In this document: positions 45,758 to 55,875 of the stretch, one piece after another
How positions within the stretch are numbered: the stretch's first letter is position 1
Layout: each line of letters opens with the position of its first letter
Source: a virus
Lineage: Duplodnaviria > Caudoviricetes
Reading direction: 5' to 3' (one strand)
Virus record (IMG/VR): IMGVR_UViG_3300014839_000001
Span: 1-61,917 of that record
DNA length: 61,917 bases
The notes under the pieces: model-generated
Databases searched by the model: none
The model's input: the letters and a program-made list of their open reading frames with translations, nothing else
What the model was told of the DNA's origin: nothing
Made by a program: the position numbers and the translations under genes

Positions 45758-46467
45758 TAGTAATACACCGTTTTCCCTGCCGGAATTTTGTGGTCAGGAA
45801 CCTTGTGTGTCGGCACGTTCTTGAAGTATTTCAAGTTCTTTGAAATTGAATACAAAACCGTCCACTTGCCTGAGTTCTTGTAAACCTTTTTGGCGATCTT
45901 GCGCAGTGTATTGATTTTTGAAGTGGTCTTGAACTTTCGTGTTCCTACCTTCGTGCTCTTGGTCGCACCGATAGGTTCGTAGCTGCCCTTTATTTTCACG
46001 CCAGGATTGACGCAAACAAAAACTGCGGTATATGCAATGTCCATTGTTCGTTCGTCGTCAGCATGCGCACTTGTCAATGACTCGCAAACAACAAACTGTG
46101 ACTTTGCTAAAATCCCCGGCAAGTACAAAAGCTTTCCTTGACTTGGCGTGTCTTTGTAAAAAACGTCTCGAAGCGCTTGCATGTTTTCACTACTTGTCCA
46201 CCCAGGAAACGTTCCGGTCAATGTAATTCGTGTTTCACCTTTATGAACGACATCAACGGTGAGGTTTGCACCGCTACTGATATATTTGTGTACGCCTAAC
46301 TCTGCTTCGTCTGCAATTTCAAAACCTTCGACGGCCATTGGCCATGTAAAAACAGCGTCACCGGGAATGGCAAGATACGGGCGTGAAAACTGTCGGTCTG
46401 GAACAAGCAGATAGTGCGCGGTATCTCGTGAGTCGTCAGGTACAGTAGGAGGCCGTGGAGTCATCAA
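45757..46467 (-). CDS. Tail tube initiator / LysM-like protein
   Basis: TLRKIAKKVY....W..LY motif after the tape measure. Confidence 0.7.
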   Translation of the reverse strand: MMTPRPPTVPDDSRDTAHYLLVPDRQFSRPYLAIPGDAVFTWPMAVEGFEIADEAELGVHKYISSGANLTVDVVHKGETRITLTGTFPGWTSSENMQALRDVFYKDTPSQGKLLYLPGILAKSQFVVCESLTSAHADDERTMDIAYTAVFVCVNPGVKIKGSYEPIGATKSTKVGTRKFKTTSKINTLRKIAKKVYKNSGKWTVLYSISKNLKYFKNVPTHKVPDHKIPAGKTVYY

Positions 46468-48605
46468 TTGCCGCCCTTCTTGTTTGTGGCACCCGAGGTT
46501 TTTTTCTTACCGCGATAAGTTCCTGCCGGGGCTCCTGACCACGGCCATAGTGTAACAGGAACCGTGACCTGTTGATCGGCATTTTTCACTGCTTTGCCAA
46601 GTATGCTATCGGCCTTCAGGTTTATTGTCACTACTGCTTCGCCGATCATTTTTTGTGCCGCTGTCTGCTGTCGAGCTTCTCGCCTCTGTATCTTAAGCCA
46701 ATTTTCAACGTTCTTTGCTGGCGTTTTTCCTTCAATGTAACTTTCAAGAGCCTTTACTTCCAACTGCTGTTGCATACTCAGATTTCCAGCAAACTTGCCA
46801 GCGCCCAGTTTACCCAACTCCTTATTGAGCAGTGGGAACCGTTGCGCTGCCGCAAGCCGCCTAGCTGCTCCATGCCGACCAGTTTGCTCTTCTGACCCCG
46901 GCGTTGATAACAAAATCGCCGCATCAAGAACACCAATGGCAGCAGTGCTGCCACCAACTCTTCCTAACTTCTTGCCCCACCCTGATTTCCAAAAACCACC
47001 AACCGGAGGAATAGTTTTACCACCTGGGTTTGGCCCGCTACCGCCCGATGGAGCGCCTGACATATACCAAGAAATCGGATCAATGATGACCCAAAAAGGA
47101 GCAGCACGAGCACCTGTACCAGCCGATTGAAATGCGCCTGAAATTCCGCCTCCAATAAGCTCGGCTTGAGCAAGTCCAACCCCCCTGCTTGCGCCTTTTC
47201 CAAGTTTGCCCGCTCTTTTCAAAAGCATTGCGGTTATTCCACCGCCAGCAAGAAGAGCTTCAATACCAGTTAGTTCATGAGGGCTCAAGTTCTTCAGCGC
47301 GGATTGCACAACGCTAGTGCCAGCCTTAGCGGCAGGTTTCAAAATGAAATTTAACCCACGCATAGACTGAACGCTAACCGCTTTTGTGGCACTGGCAAAC
47401 TGCAACAGATACCGTTGGTCGTTTGCTCTTCTGGCCGCGAGCCCCAGCGTGTTCTTTTTTTCAGCTTCAACCAGCAATTTTGCAGCTTTCTCCAGCCCTT
47501 CTGCTCCACCCGTTGCAATTAAGTTGAGGAACGCGCGGGCGGACTGAAGACGAGGAAACAACTTGTAGATCGCTGTAAGGTTAGCGCCGCCGCTTACCCC
47601 TGCTGCGTTCATCATTGCAGGAACATCTTGATCCGTTGTGAAATCCGCGCTATTGAGAGCCTTTGGATTGCGAACCTTGACATTTCCTCCAAGCACCCTT
47701 AGCAACGTTTTCAGAACCTTGTCTTCGCCTATCTTGTATAGCTGGTTAGGGTCAGAAGTTCCAATGTACTGCTGCATCATTGCTTTTGAAGCAGCCGACT
47801 TGGGTGCGACAAGAGACTGCGTGAGTAGCTGTCTGACATTCTGCGTAATCATTCCTGGCGAGCCACCGGCTTTCGACGCCTGAAGCAGTACCGCGAATAT
47901 CTGTTCCGGTGTCATTCGTCCGGCTATTTTTGCCGGGGCGAGCTGGCCTACTGACGTAGCAACGTCTTGACCCCAAAGGGTAGGCGACTCTTGGAGCATT
48001 GCGTACAGCATCGACCCCATTTGTTGTCCGCGCTTTGGCTTGTATTTACCGCCCATCAACGCAGAGATACCCGCAATCATCTGCTTAGGATCACCCATTT
48101 CGTCTGCCCCTGCCGCCACAGTAAATTGCGACATCATATCTGCCAAGCCTGAAGCCTGTTTTACGCCAGCTTTTCCACTTGGCGCATCAAAGGCGGAATA
48201 AAATGATCGCATATATTCTTGCACGTCAGTCACAGCTAATCCAAACTTGACTGACATTTTCAATGCGTCAGTTCCAAGATTCTCAAGCTCGTTGCCGACG
48301 CCCTTGAGTTTTCCACTAGACGTAACCTGTGTCGCAATTGCGTCAATTTCACCAAGCTTTACCTGAAACTGACTGAGACTTGAAATTGCTGTAATCACGC
48401 CGTAGACAACACTACCAGCAAGAGCGTACCGGATCGTTGTACCAAGGGCTCTCATTTGCTGTCCCCAGTAACCGAGCTGCTTACCGCTTTGCCCGGTTGC
48501 TTGGTTGACCTGACTGAACCCGCTTTTGATCTGATTCAGATCGGCTCTGAGCTGCTGTCCATGACTGACCCAGTTGATACCAATCTCTTCTGACCAAACT
48601 GGCAC
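46464..48605 (-). CDS. Tape measure protein
   Basis: 713 aa, Ala/Gly-rich helical; follows the chaperones. Confidence 0.8.
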   Translation of the reverse strand: MPVWSEEIGINWVSHGQQLRADLNQIKSGFSQVNQATGQSGKQLGYWGQQMRALGTTIRYALAGSVVYGVITAISSLSQFQVKLGEIDAIATQVTSSGKLKGVGNELENLGTDALKMSVKFGLAVTDVQEYMRSFYSAFDAPSGKAGVKQASGLADMMSQFTVAAGADEMGDPKQMIAGISALMGGKYKPKRGQQMGSMLYAMLQESPTLWGQDVATSVGQLAPAKIAGRMTPEQIFAVLLQASKAGGSPGMITQNVRQLLTQSLVAPKSAASKAMMQQYIGTSDPNQLYKIGEDKVLKTLLRVLGGNVKVRNPKALNSADFTTDQDVPAMMNAAGVSGGANLTAIYKLFPRLQSARAFLNLIATGGAEGLEKAAKLLVEAEKKNTLGLAARRANDQRYLLQFASATKAVSVQSMRGLNFILKPAAKAGTSVVQSALKNLSPHELTGIEALLAGGGITAMLLKRAGKLGKGASRGVGLAQAELIGGGISGAFQSAGTGARAAPFWVIIDPISWYMSGAPSGGSGPNPGGKTIPPVGGFWKSGWGKKLGRVGGSTAAIGVLDAAILLSTPGSEEQTGRHGAARRLAAAQRFPLLNKELGKLGAGKFAGNLSMQQQLEVKALESYIEGKTPAKNVENWLKIQRREARQQTAAQKMIGEAVVTINLKADSILGKAVKNADQQVTVPVTLWPWSGAPAGTYRGKKKTSGATNKKGGN

Positions 48606-48611
48606 TGCTGC

Positions 48612-48974
48612 CTACTTTCGTTTAGGTGAAATTAGTTCTTCGATCTCTTTACGTCGTTCGCTTTTTTCAAACCCTGTTAATTCCACTTCGTCACCTGGCT
48701 TGAAAATTTCCTCTTCGTACTCTTCTCTTACCAGTTCTTCTACGTCTGGGTCGTATGGCTCCATGCACACTTCGCAGACTGTCTGCGTCAGCTTTGGTCG
48801 GCAGTGGGGGTGGGCTCTTCTGATTCGCTCGTCCCAGTCAAGCTCTTGATTAAGGAAAGTCCAAATGAGCTGTCCTGAAGTTGCGTGCGCGTGAGACTCG
48901 AAAGGAAGTTTCTTAGATACCACCAAGGTCTGCCAGACAATACGTTCCAGTCGATCATTTCCAAGACTTTTTTT
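48612..48974 (-). CDS. Tail assembly chaperone, -1 frameshift extension
   Basis: The -1 frame is open from slippery A AAA AAA (48974-48968) to the stop at 48612. Confidence 0.7.
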   Translation of the reverse strand, partial: KKSLGNDRLERIVWQTLVVSKKLPFESHAHATSGQLIWTFLNQELDWDERIRRAHPHCRPKLTQTVCEVCMEPYDPDVEELVREEYEEEIFKPGDEVELTGFEKSERRKEIEELISPKRK

Positions 48975-49378
48975 AGTTCCACCAACTCTTCTTCAGAAAC
49001 CCCATCGAGCTTCGGTGAAGAGAATTCCATCATCATCTGATATTCCTCAGCGAGTCCGTTAATTTCGTCACTGTTGAGTGTTTCAAGTAGTTCCTCTAAC
49101 GAATCAAAGACGCGCTCTTTCAAGTTGTCAGGATTCCGCATTGCGTAAAAAAGCGTAGAAGAGCGAAACCGTTTATCCATCCCTTGCTGGCCGTATGTGT
49201 TGTCTTCCGCCCCAAGGTGGCTCGCTTCGACCCACGCCATTTCCTCTTCTGCTTCAATGAGAGGAACCAACGCGATTCTGTTTTCACCACGAAGGTTGAC
49301 AAAGGTTGGAGCCTCTTGCCCCAACCGCATCTTTTTCAGTCTGTTTGATTTTTTGATTGCCTCACTAATGGCTCCCAT
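48788..49378 (-). CDS. Tail assembly chaperone
   Basis: Between tube and TMP; ELKK slippery site. Confidence 0.75.
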   Translation of the reverse strand: MGAISEAIKKSNRLKKMRLGQEAPTFVNLRGENRIALVPLIEAEEEMAWVEASHLGAEDNTYGQQGMDKRFRSSTLFYAMRNPDNLKERVFDSLEELLETLNSDEINGLAEEYQMMMEFSSPKLDGVSEEELVELKKVLEMIDWNVLSGRPWWYLRNFLSSLTRTQLQDSSFGLSLIKSLTGTSESEEPTPTADQS

Positions 49379-49709
49379 TTCCTGCCGCCTTTCTTTCTGA
49401 AATTAACATTTTCGCCGCCTCGACAGAATGAACCAATATCATTCCCGATGGAATTCCGTACACGGTTCTGTCGCAACAATGAACGCGCCCGATGAAAAAG
49501 TAATCAGACGCGTTCCCTTTTGTTTCGCCGGTTTCCTCGGGAGTTACAATTGGGTCATTCTTCCCGCAGTAAGGGCAGGTTGGAAGAGCCTCAGCAAACT
49601 CGATCTGTTCCGTCTGCTCTTTGGCAAGCCGAAGAAGCTCTTCGCTAGCCTCAGCACTTCTTACGAGCGCGTTAGCTCCTCTTTCAATTAGCTCTTCTGT
49701 TCTTGACAT
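49365..49709 (-). CDS. Zn-finger protein
   Basis: CPYCG...HCC. Confidence 0.55.
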   Translation of the reverse strand: MSRTEELIERGANALVRSAEASEELLRLAKEQTEQIEFAEALPTCPYCGKNDPIVTPEETGETKGNASDYFFIGRVHCCDRTVYGIPSGMILVHSVEAAKMLISERKAAGNGSH

Positions 49710-49728
49710 TTACCCGTCTCCTTATCTA

Positions 49729-50130
49729 TCAACTCCGAGAGTAACCTGGAACGCTCACAGTGCAGTTCAATGTCACGCTGTCTTGCGTTGAACTGATGCT
49801 GATGCTCGTCCAGTTGCAGTTAGTGTAAACCTGCCTTCCGTCACCCCTGCGAGTGATGATTTCAAAGTCTCGCAGTGTTTTCAACGTACTTTCGTCGTTC
49901 AACCCTCTCGCTACACCTTGCTTGAGAAGCAAAGCCGAGAATGACACTTCATCAGCGTCAGCCTTGCGCACAGTACGAAGGATCGGGCCGTCAACGCCAA
50001 AGCCGCCGTGATAGGTGACTTCTTGGTTCAATGTCTCAGTCATATCTTGTGTAGCAGCAAAATCTTCGCCTGCGACGAACAGACCAAGATCAACTGCATT
50101 AAGACCCTCTAGGAACGGTATGATAATCAC
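49729..50130 (-). CDS. Tail tube protein
   Basis: 133 aa, beta-rich, immediately after the sheath. Confidence 0.7.
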   Translation of the reverse strand: MIIIPFLEGLNAVDLGLFVAGEDFAATQDMTETLNQEVTYHGGFGVDGPILRTVRKADADEVSFSALLLKQGVARGLNDESTLKTLRDFEIITRRGDGRQVYTNCNWTSISISSTQDSVTLNCTVSVPGYSRS

Positions 50131-50138
50131 ATCCTCTC

Positions 50139-51269
50139 TTAAACGGGAATTTCAAGATGGCCATCGACCAGGATGGTCGAAATGCCACGAACGACTTGCC
50201 CGGTGTAGCTAACTGTAAGCTGCCGGTTGTCAGGCGAACTTGTAATTGCTACGCCATAGCCCATCTTTCCGTCTGGCTGCAAAACCATGAGCAGCCAATT
50301 GGAACGATCAGCAAGGAGCGCTGCGACACCCGCCTGAAGGTCAGCCCTTGTAGCTGCCGTATTGCCCCGACGCAGATACTTGCTGTCAATGCAATACTTT
50401 TTTACATCGAGGAAGAGCTGATCCACAATGAGCCGAGTCATCAACGCGTCGAACGTTTCATCCGTGGTGTAAGTGGTCCGCAGATGCGTCACTTCAACCC
50501 CGCCGTACTGATTCTGCTTCAGCGGAGAAACACCACCCTGAAGAAGAGTCTCGAACTCATTGTCAGGAGTACCAGCATTTGCCTTCACACGAAACAGCGG
50601 AAGACCGAAGGCGTCTTTTTCAATTCCTGTCAGCCCTGCGAGAGTGTAGGTATCAAGATCGTCTGAAATGTCAAGGTTCTTGCTAACAGACGCCGCCACA
50701 GCAGCCGCCGCAAAGCTTCCGTTTTGCAAAACGCCAACGTCATCATAGACACCAGGCCCGACCAAGACGAAACGCTTCGACGCAATAGCTGTCGCCGCTG
50801 AAATCAATTCGCCCTTGGTCTTGCCAGAAGCAAGACCGCCAAAAGCAATCTGCTTGTTGTAGATTCCTTCCGCCGACAAGCACGACTCAGCCAAACCAAC
50901 CAAATCAGCTTGCACGTTGCTGTCCGTGAGCCGAATTCGGATTGTGCTGTCGTCTTCGAGCTGAGCCCACACTGCTTGCCGATCTTCAAGCGCAGGAGTT
51001 TCTGCCTCCGCTGACGCAACAGCTATCACCGAAGCAACTCCTCGCTTAAGCAAGAAGAGAATGAGCGCTGTCAAACTAGACGTAGCACTAGCACCGAACG
51101 CAGTTACCGCTTCAAACGGGGACGTGATGGTTTCAGCAGTACCGACTGTCGCATCGCCATCAGCACCCATTTTACCTTCGACCGCGATCGGTAGGTAAAG
51201 AGACTCTGAAAAAATTGGCCCGAGAGTGCTCGCATCAATAATGTCAGGATAAAGTTGAGAACTTGACAT
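50139..51269 (-). CDS. Tail sheath protein
   Basis: L..GGVSPL, .TTY, R..D sheath C-terminal pattern. Confidence 0.8.
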   Translation of the reverse strand: MSSSQLYPDIIDASTLGPIFSESLYLPIAVEGKMGADGDATVGTAETITSPFEAVTAFGASATSSLTALILFLLKRGVASVIAVASAEAETPALEDRQAVWAQLEDDSTIRIRLTDSNVQADLVGLAESCLSAEGIYNKQIAFGGLASGKTKGELISAATAIASKRFVLVGPGVYDDVGVLQNGSFAAAAVAASVSKNLDISDDLDTYTLAGLTGIEKDAFGLPLFRVKANAGTPDNEFETLLQGGVSPLKQNQYGGVEVTHLRTTYTTDETFDALMTRLIVDQLFLDVKKYCIDSKYLRRGNTAATRADLQAGVAALLADRSNWLLMVLQPDGKMGYGVAITSSPDNRQLTVSYTGQVVRGISTILVDGHLEIPV

Positions 51270-51296
51270 TTAACCTCCTCCTATCTGTTTGTGAAA

Positions 51297-51860
51297 CTAT
51301 GGTTGTTGGACGATTTCATCAACGTATGGCCCTGGCGCTTGCGTCTTGCGCGTGTAGACGCGTACACGCAACGTGGTATTGACGCTTCTGAAAACTGTCA
51401 CATCATTTATCGTGTCGTTCATGAATCTTCCTCCCCCAAACGCTATTATTTCAATACCGTCTGTAAAGGCCATACACGCTACGAAGGCTGAAGGGCCGTG
51501 GAACAGGGTATCGAGGTCTTCGCGTGCTGCGAGGCGAGCTGTAGGCCCGCCAGCTTCGATGCTAGCCCACGTTTCTACGTTGAACGTCACCAAACGGCTT
51601 CCTGCCTCATGTTCGATGATCTCGCCGGTGCCTGTGTTGTAGTCGGCGTCAACAACATTGTCACCAAAACCAAAGTTTGGTGCGTCAACGTCATCTATTT
51701 CAAAGCTGATTAGCGTTTTTGGTATCGGCACCTTCTTTATGTCGCTAGGGCTCGGGTGCGAAAAGATGATTTCATACAAGTCCAAGTCAAGCACGCTTTC
51801 AACGTACTCTCTCAGAGCGTCGTTAAGAGACGTTGCCCACTTGTCAGGGTTGAAGGTCAT
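51297..51860 (-). CDS. Tail terminator / completion protein
   Basis: Position and size. Confidence 0.55.
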   Translation of the reverse strand: MTFNPDKWATSLNDALREYVESVLDLDLYEIIFSHPSPSDIKKVPIPKTLISFEIDDVDAPNFGFGDNVVDADYNTGTGEIIEHEAGSRLVTFNVETWASIEAGGPTARLAAREDLDTLFHGPSAFVACMAFTDGIEIIAFGGGRFMNDTINDVTVFRSVNTTLRVRVYTRKTQAPGPYVDEIVQQP

Positions 51861-51864
51861 GCGC

Positions 51865-52416
51865 CTATCCACCGCCCTTGGCTCGTGACACATAGCCCAT
51901 TGCGCCGGGGATCATTGAAAAGATCGCGGCAGATGATTTGAAATGTCCGTGGTTGTCGCGCAGATTTCCGAAGGTTCCTTTCAATACTCTTTTTCCGAGT
52001 GCTGTGGTTGACGAAAACGCAAGCGTCTCAATGACAGAGGTTTTCATGATCGGTCGGCGTCTTGCGTGACCGCCTCTGAAAATTCCAAATTCTACGGCAA
52101 TGGCACCGCGAGTCGGGTTAGCAGTACGCCAAATACCTAGTCCAACTTTTTTCACATACCAACCCTGATAGGTTTCACTTGTCAACCGCGCAACAGGGTC
52201 AAGCCAAGGGCGACCGCCAACTGGCCCACGATAATGCCATTGACAACGAGCCTGCATGAACTTAGCGTGCAGCTCAGCAACAACGTCCATGACAAAGACG
52301 TACTCCCTTGATGCCGTATCAAAGTCTTTTGCCACGCGCTCAAGTTCCTCAAACGTTTGGCGCGATAAACCCATCGCGCCCGGAATGGCAGCAGTTCGAT
52401 TTCCCCAAGTGGCCAT
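51865..52416 (-). CDS. Neck / tail completion protein (HK97 gp10-like)
   Basis: A.AVEFG...RRPIM motif. Confidence 0.6.
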   Translation of the reverse strand: MATWGNRTAAIPGAMGLSRQTFEELERVAKDFDTASREYVFVMDVVAELHAKFMQARCQWHYRGPVGGRPWLDPVARLTSETYQGWYVKKVGLGIWRTANPTRGAIAVEFGIFRGGHARRRPIMKTSVIETLAFSSTTALGKRVLKGTFGNLRDNHGHFKSSAAIFSMIPGAMGYVSRAKGGG

Positions 52417-52919
52417 TAGGTGACATTCCTATCGGTAGCGATTAAGCGTAGCCCTACCTCGAAGTGGTGGGGGTTGCCGTCTGCTGGGTCAGGTACCAGG
52501 TTTACGCATACTACCAGGAAACGACGACCCCTGAACAGAACGTATTCCTCACCGCTCTGGCTCCAATCCATGAAGTCAATTTCAATCCCGCCAAAAGTCA
52601 ACGGAAAAATTCCGATGTGGTCGTTTATTTTAATTTCACCAGGAAACATTCCAGAGATGTACTCTGATTGCATTCTTCTTACCGCGCCAGCTTGGACAAG
52701 TTGAACAAACGCTTTTCCTTCAATTTCAACAACCGCTGGGTCGAGCATTCCGCGCTCGTTGCACATAACCGCGCCAGAATTTTCTTTGTGCCAGCGCAAG
52801 TCCCTGAATCCTGCCGATGAAAGGCAAGGACAAGCGGTGCCGCCAGTCTCGCGGTGATACGTCACGATCGACCCGCTAATTGCTGCGCGTTTTTCAAATG
52901 CTATTTTGTTTGCGCTCAT
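52416..52919 (-). CDS. Head closure protein
   Basis: CPC...C..RG, HHFEVGL; start revised to MSANK. Confidence 0.55.
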   Translation of the reverse strand: MSANKIAFEKRAAISGSIVTYHRETGGTACPCLSSAGFRDLRWHKENSGAVMCNERGMLDPAVVEIEGKAFVQLVQAGAVRRMQSEYISGMFPGEIKINDHIGIFPLTFGGIEIDFMDWSQSGEEYVLFRGRRFLVVCVNLVPDPADGNPHHFEVGLRLIATDRNVT

Positions 52920-52941
52920 TGATTTTTTTTCAAACTGTGAA

Positions 52942-54288
52942 TTAGAACCATGTTGTAACCCGCACTTCCCCTCGTCCGCCTGCGCCGCCTGCGCCGCCAG
53001 TTCTGGCCGCCCCGCCGCCGCCGCCACCTCCGCCGGGTGCGCCGCCTGCGCCGCCTGCGCCGCCGTCATGAACTTGATCTGAGCGCCAGCCGGAGCCACC
53101 GCCACCGCCTGCGCCACTCTTGATAGAGGTTCCCGCATTACCAGCGCCACCCGGAGCCGTGCCGCCTCCTCCGTTACCCCACACACTCGTAGCGCCGCCA
53201 GCTCCTGCCGTGCTGGCGCTCGTTACCATTACCTCGGCTCCGCCGCCGCCGCCGCCGCCACCACGCAGAGAGCAGCCACCATTCATCCCAACGTATGAAC
53301 CGCCGACACCACCACGACCGCCAGCCCCTCCACCCGCTTCTGCCGCAGCGCCGTGGGCATAGGCGTAAGTCCCGCCAGCACCGCCTTCTCCTAGTCCGGC
53401 TGCAGCCACGGCCGTATCTGATGCCCGAGGAGAACCGCCGACCGAGCCCACGTTGATAACTCCAGCCCCGCCTGCAGAACCAGATCCTCCGCCACCGCCG
53501 CCGGATGCGGGACCAGAGGCAAGGAGTCCCTTTGAACCACCACCACCGCCGTAGGCAGTCAGATACCCTCCGAAGGACGAGGGGTTGCCTGCGTTACCAT
53601 TCGCGTCGTGTACCCCGCCAGCCACCTGCGCGCCGACTGTAACTGCGATGGTATCCGTGAGATCGGTAGCCTCGAACATTCTCTCGGGACATGCTCCGCC
53701 GCCACCGCCGCCACCGCCATCGCCGTTTGCAGATGAAACAGACTGCCCGCCGCCGCCCGAGCCGCCGCCGCCGACGCAACGCACCTTGACGGTCTTGGCA
53801 CCCGATGGTTTCGACCAAGTGCCGTTGCCGGTGAAAGTCTGAATGTCACACAGAAGCGCCCTCGTGCTAAGAGTGGCCCCGCCGTCTTTGATGGTCTTGC
53901 CAGTAACCCCATCAAAAACGGCTACGCGGTTGTCTACTGCCGAGGCTGGGCCTGCGACCTTTGTACCAACGATGGTCTTTGTGGCGTGCTGCGTTGCAAT
54001 CTTGGTAGCCGAGTCTGCGGCAAGAGTTACGTCCGCATCAAGATCGGCAGCCTTGAGTTGTACGTCGTTGGTGACTGACCCAAGGCCGACATCAGCGGAC
54101 GTTAGCGCTGTCCAAGCGAGCGCCCCACCAACTGTCTTGAGCCACTTGCCGTTGTTAGCCGCAGCGCCAAACGCCAACGCGTGAGGGACAAGCGCACCGA
54201 GAACACTGTCATAAACAAAGCCCTGACCATCAACCGGCGTTTGTACGTCGTCAAGATCACGAAATCTTGTGATTATGCGAGGAGTCAT
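52942..54288 (-). CDS. Glycine-rich fibre-like virion protein
   Basis: TFTG.GTW.KP.GAK.V.V..VGGGG.GG ... G..GEVRV. Confidence 0.75.
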   Translation of the reverse strand: MTPRIITRFRDLDDVQTPVDGQGFVYDSVLGALVPHALAFGAAANNGKWLKTVGGALAWTALTSADVGLGSVTNDVQLKAADLDADVTLAADSATKIATQHATKTIVGTKVAGPASAVDNRVAVFDGVTGKTIKDGGATLSTRALLCDIQTFTGNGTWSKPSGAKTVKVRCVGGGGSGGGGQSVSSANGDGGGGGGGGACPERMFEATDLTDTIAVTVGAQVAGGVHDANGNAGNPSSFGGYLTAYGGGGGSKGLLASGPASGGGGGGSGSAGGAGVINVGSVGGSPRASDTAVAAAGLGEGGAGGTYAYAHGAAAEAGGGAGGRGGVGGSYVGMNGGCSLRGGGGGGGGAEVMVTSASTAGAGGATSVWGNGGGGTAPGGAGNAGTSIKSGAGGGGGSGWRSDQVHDGGAGGAGGAPGGGGGGGGAARTGGAGGAGGRGEVRVTTWF

Positions 54289-54974
54289 CCGATGTCAATC
54301 AGTAGCCGGGATATGTCAACGTTGATCGAACTTGCGTTGTTAGTTCCAGTCGGGTCGATATCTTCAAGAAGCAAAACTATGCTGCAATTGATTCCAAGCA
54401 ACGCGTTGGCTTCACTCACCAACGTACTTATGAGCACCTTTTTGCTTGCAAGCGAGCCGACGCCTGACTTCTGACTCACGAGCCCAGCGGTGTAACTCTC
54501 GTCTGTCTGCGTCTGCGCGAGACTATGAAGCTGCGCACGCGCGAGAGACAGAAGAGTGAGCCCTTCAAGCTGCGCATAAGTGGCAACTATCGCTGCGTCG
54601 TATGGCGTTTCAGTGACAAAGAATCTTGAGACTACCCATTCGCAAACCTGCGCTACCAAGTTTTCATCCAAAGTCGCATCACGTAGCATAACTCGATCGA
54701 TCAGTTTTGAAACAAGCAAAAAAGTACCACCTTGGACGGCACCTGAAAAGTCGGTAGCCGCTCCCTTATTGTCAACCCACTGAATCCTAAACCAATCAGC
54801 CGTGCTAATAGCTTGGTCGGTTGTGTAACGTGTCAAATAACCAGGGTACTCACCAATTTCAGTTACCGTTTCAATCAGCGTGAACTCACCGTCTTTGGAC
54901 GTTCCTTCAAAGATTGACAACGATACTATATCGGGGTTAGTCGGTGGTAAAAAGTCGAGTGCTACTGATGCCAT
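54285..54974 (-). CDS. Head-tail adaptor-like protein
   Basis: Position; N-terminal Ig-like and C-terminal helical parts. Confidence 0.5.
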   Translation of the reverse strand: MASVALDFLPPTNPDIVSLSIFEGTSKDGEFTLIETVTEIGEYPGYLTRYTTDQAISTADWFRIQWVDNKGAATDFSGAVQGGTFLLVSKLIDRVMLRDATLDENLVAQVCEWVVSRFFVTETPYDAAIVATYAQLEGLTLLSLARAQLHSLAQTQTDESYTAGLVSQKSGVGSLASKKVLISTLVSEANALLGINCSIVLLLEDIDPTGTNNASSINVDISRLLIDIG

Positions 54975-55855
54975 TACAATCCCACCTTTGTCAGTGTTGC
55001 GTCAGGGTTTGAAATTATGCCGCCGCCCTCTTGTTCAAGTCTCGCGCTAGTCAGAACAGGTGCGTCTTCTTTTGCGCTTGTCAAAACAGCTTCAGAAGTA
55101 CCAAGCGTGTCAACCTTTCTTTGGAACCGCGTTCTAGTTGCAAGATCGTTTTCAACGACCCTTGCGACATGCGCCGATTTACGAACAATCATTGTCCATA
55201 CAGCGTCTTGAGTCGTTGCTGTCTTAACCGAGAACCCACGATCCGCAGATACCTTTGTAACAATTTCACTTTCATGCAAGGCAGTCAAAGCTTTCGCCTT
55301 GATTATTCGCGCTGGAAGAATGGTGCTGGTTTCAGTCGCGGTACTTACTGCAACTCGGACGGTGCGGCGTGGAACGATCGTTTCAGCTATGTCAGTCTCA
55401 GTTGCGCTCGACAAACGCCGCGAATGCTGTTTGACAAAGGCAAACACTGAATCATGTTCGATAGCCCCTCTGCGAGTGATGCGGTAACTCTTCCGTGGTC
55501 TGACGCTATCCGCTGAATCAATTTCACTTGACGACGTGAAACTCTTGGCTTTTTGAACCACAAACGCGCGTCCGGCATCAGTTTCAACTTTGCAAGCGAG
55601 CGCCCTGCTTTTTTTCTTCTTTGCGCGCAGAGAGATACCAATTTCAGTTATTTGCGCAAGATGTACTCGCTTGCAACGCGCAATTGAAAAAGCGGTATCC
55701 ATCTCTGCGAATTGCGACAACGCAATCGATCTGGAACAACGAATAGCGCCCGCACGCTCAGTCTCAGAAGTGCAGTTTAGCCTGCGAGCTTTGACGCGTG
55801 CAATTTCAAGCGCGGTGTCTGCCTCAGCCACAAAGTTCATATATGCGTCAGCCAC
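54974..55855 (-). CDS. Tandem ~20-aa repeat structural protein
   Basis: About 12 repeats of E-x-D/E-x-A...K/R...L. Confidence 0.65.
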   Translation of the reverse strand: MADAYMNFVAEADTALEIARVKARRLNCTSETERAGAIRCSRSIALSQFAEMDTAFSIARCKRVHLAQITEIGISLRAKKKKSRALACKVETDAGRAFVVQKAKSFTSSSEIDSADSVRPRKSYRITRRGAIEHDSVFAFVKQHSRRLSSATETDIAETIVPRRTVRVAVSTATETSTILPARIIKAKALTALHESEIVTKVSADRGFSVKTATTQDAVWTMIVRKSAHVARVVENDLATRTRFQRKVDTLGTSEAVLTSAKEDAPVLTSARLEQEGGGIISNPDATLTKVGL

Positions 55856-55875
55856 GGTTGTTCCTTTTCCTAAAA

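Noticed and set aside
52920-53186. Ala-rich N-terminal extension of ORF 52416..53186
   Set aside because: Alternative frame of the Gly-rich gene's GC repeats; the real start is probably 52919
39847-54288. Diversity-generating retroelement or invertible fibre cassette
   Set aside because: No reverse transcriptase, invertase or TR/VR-type repeat pair seen
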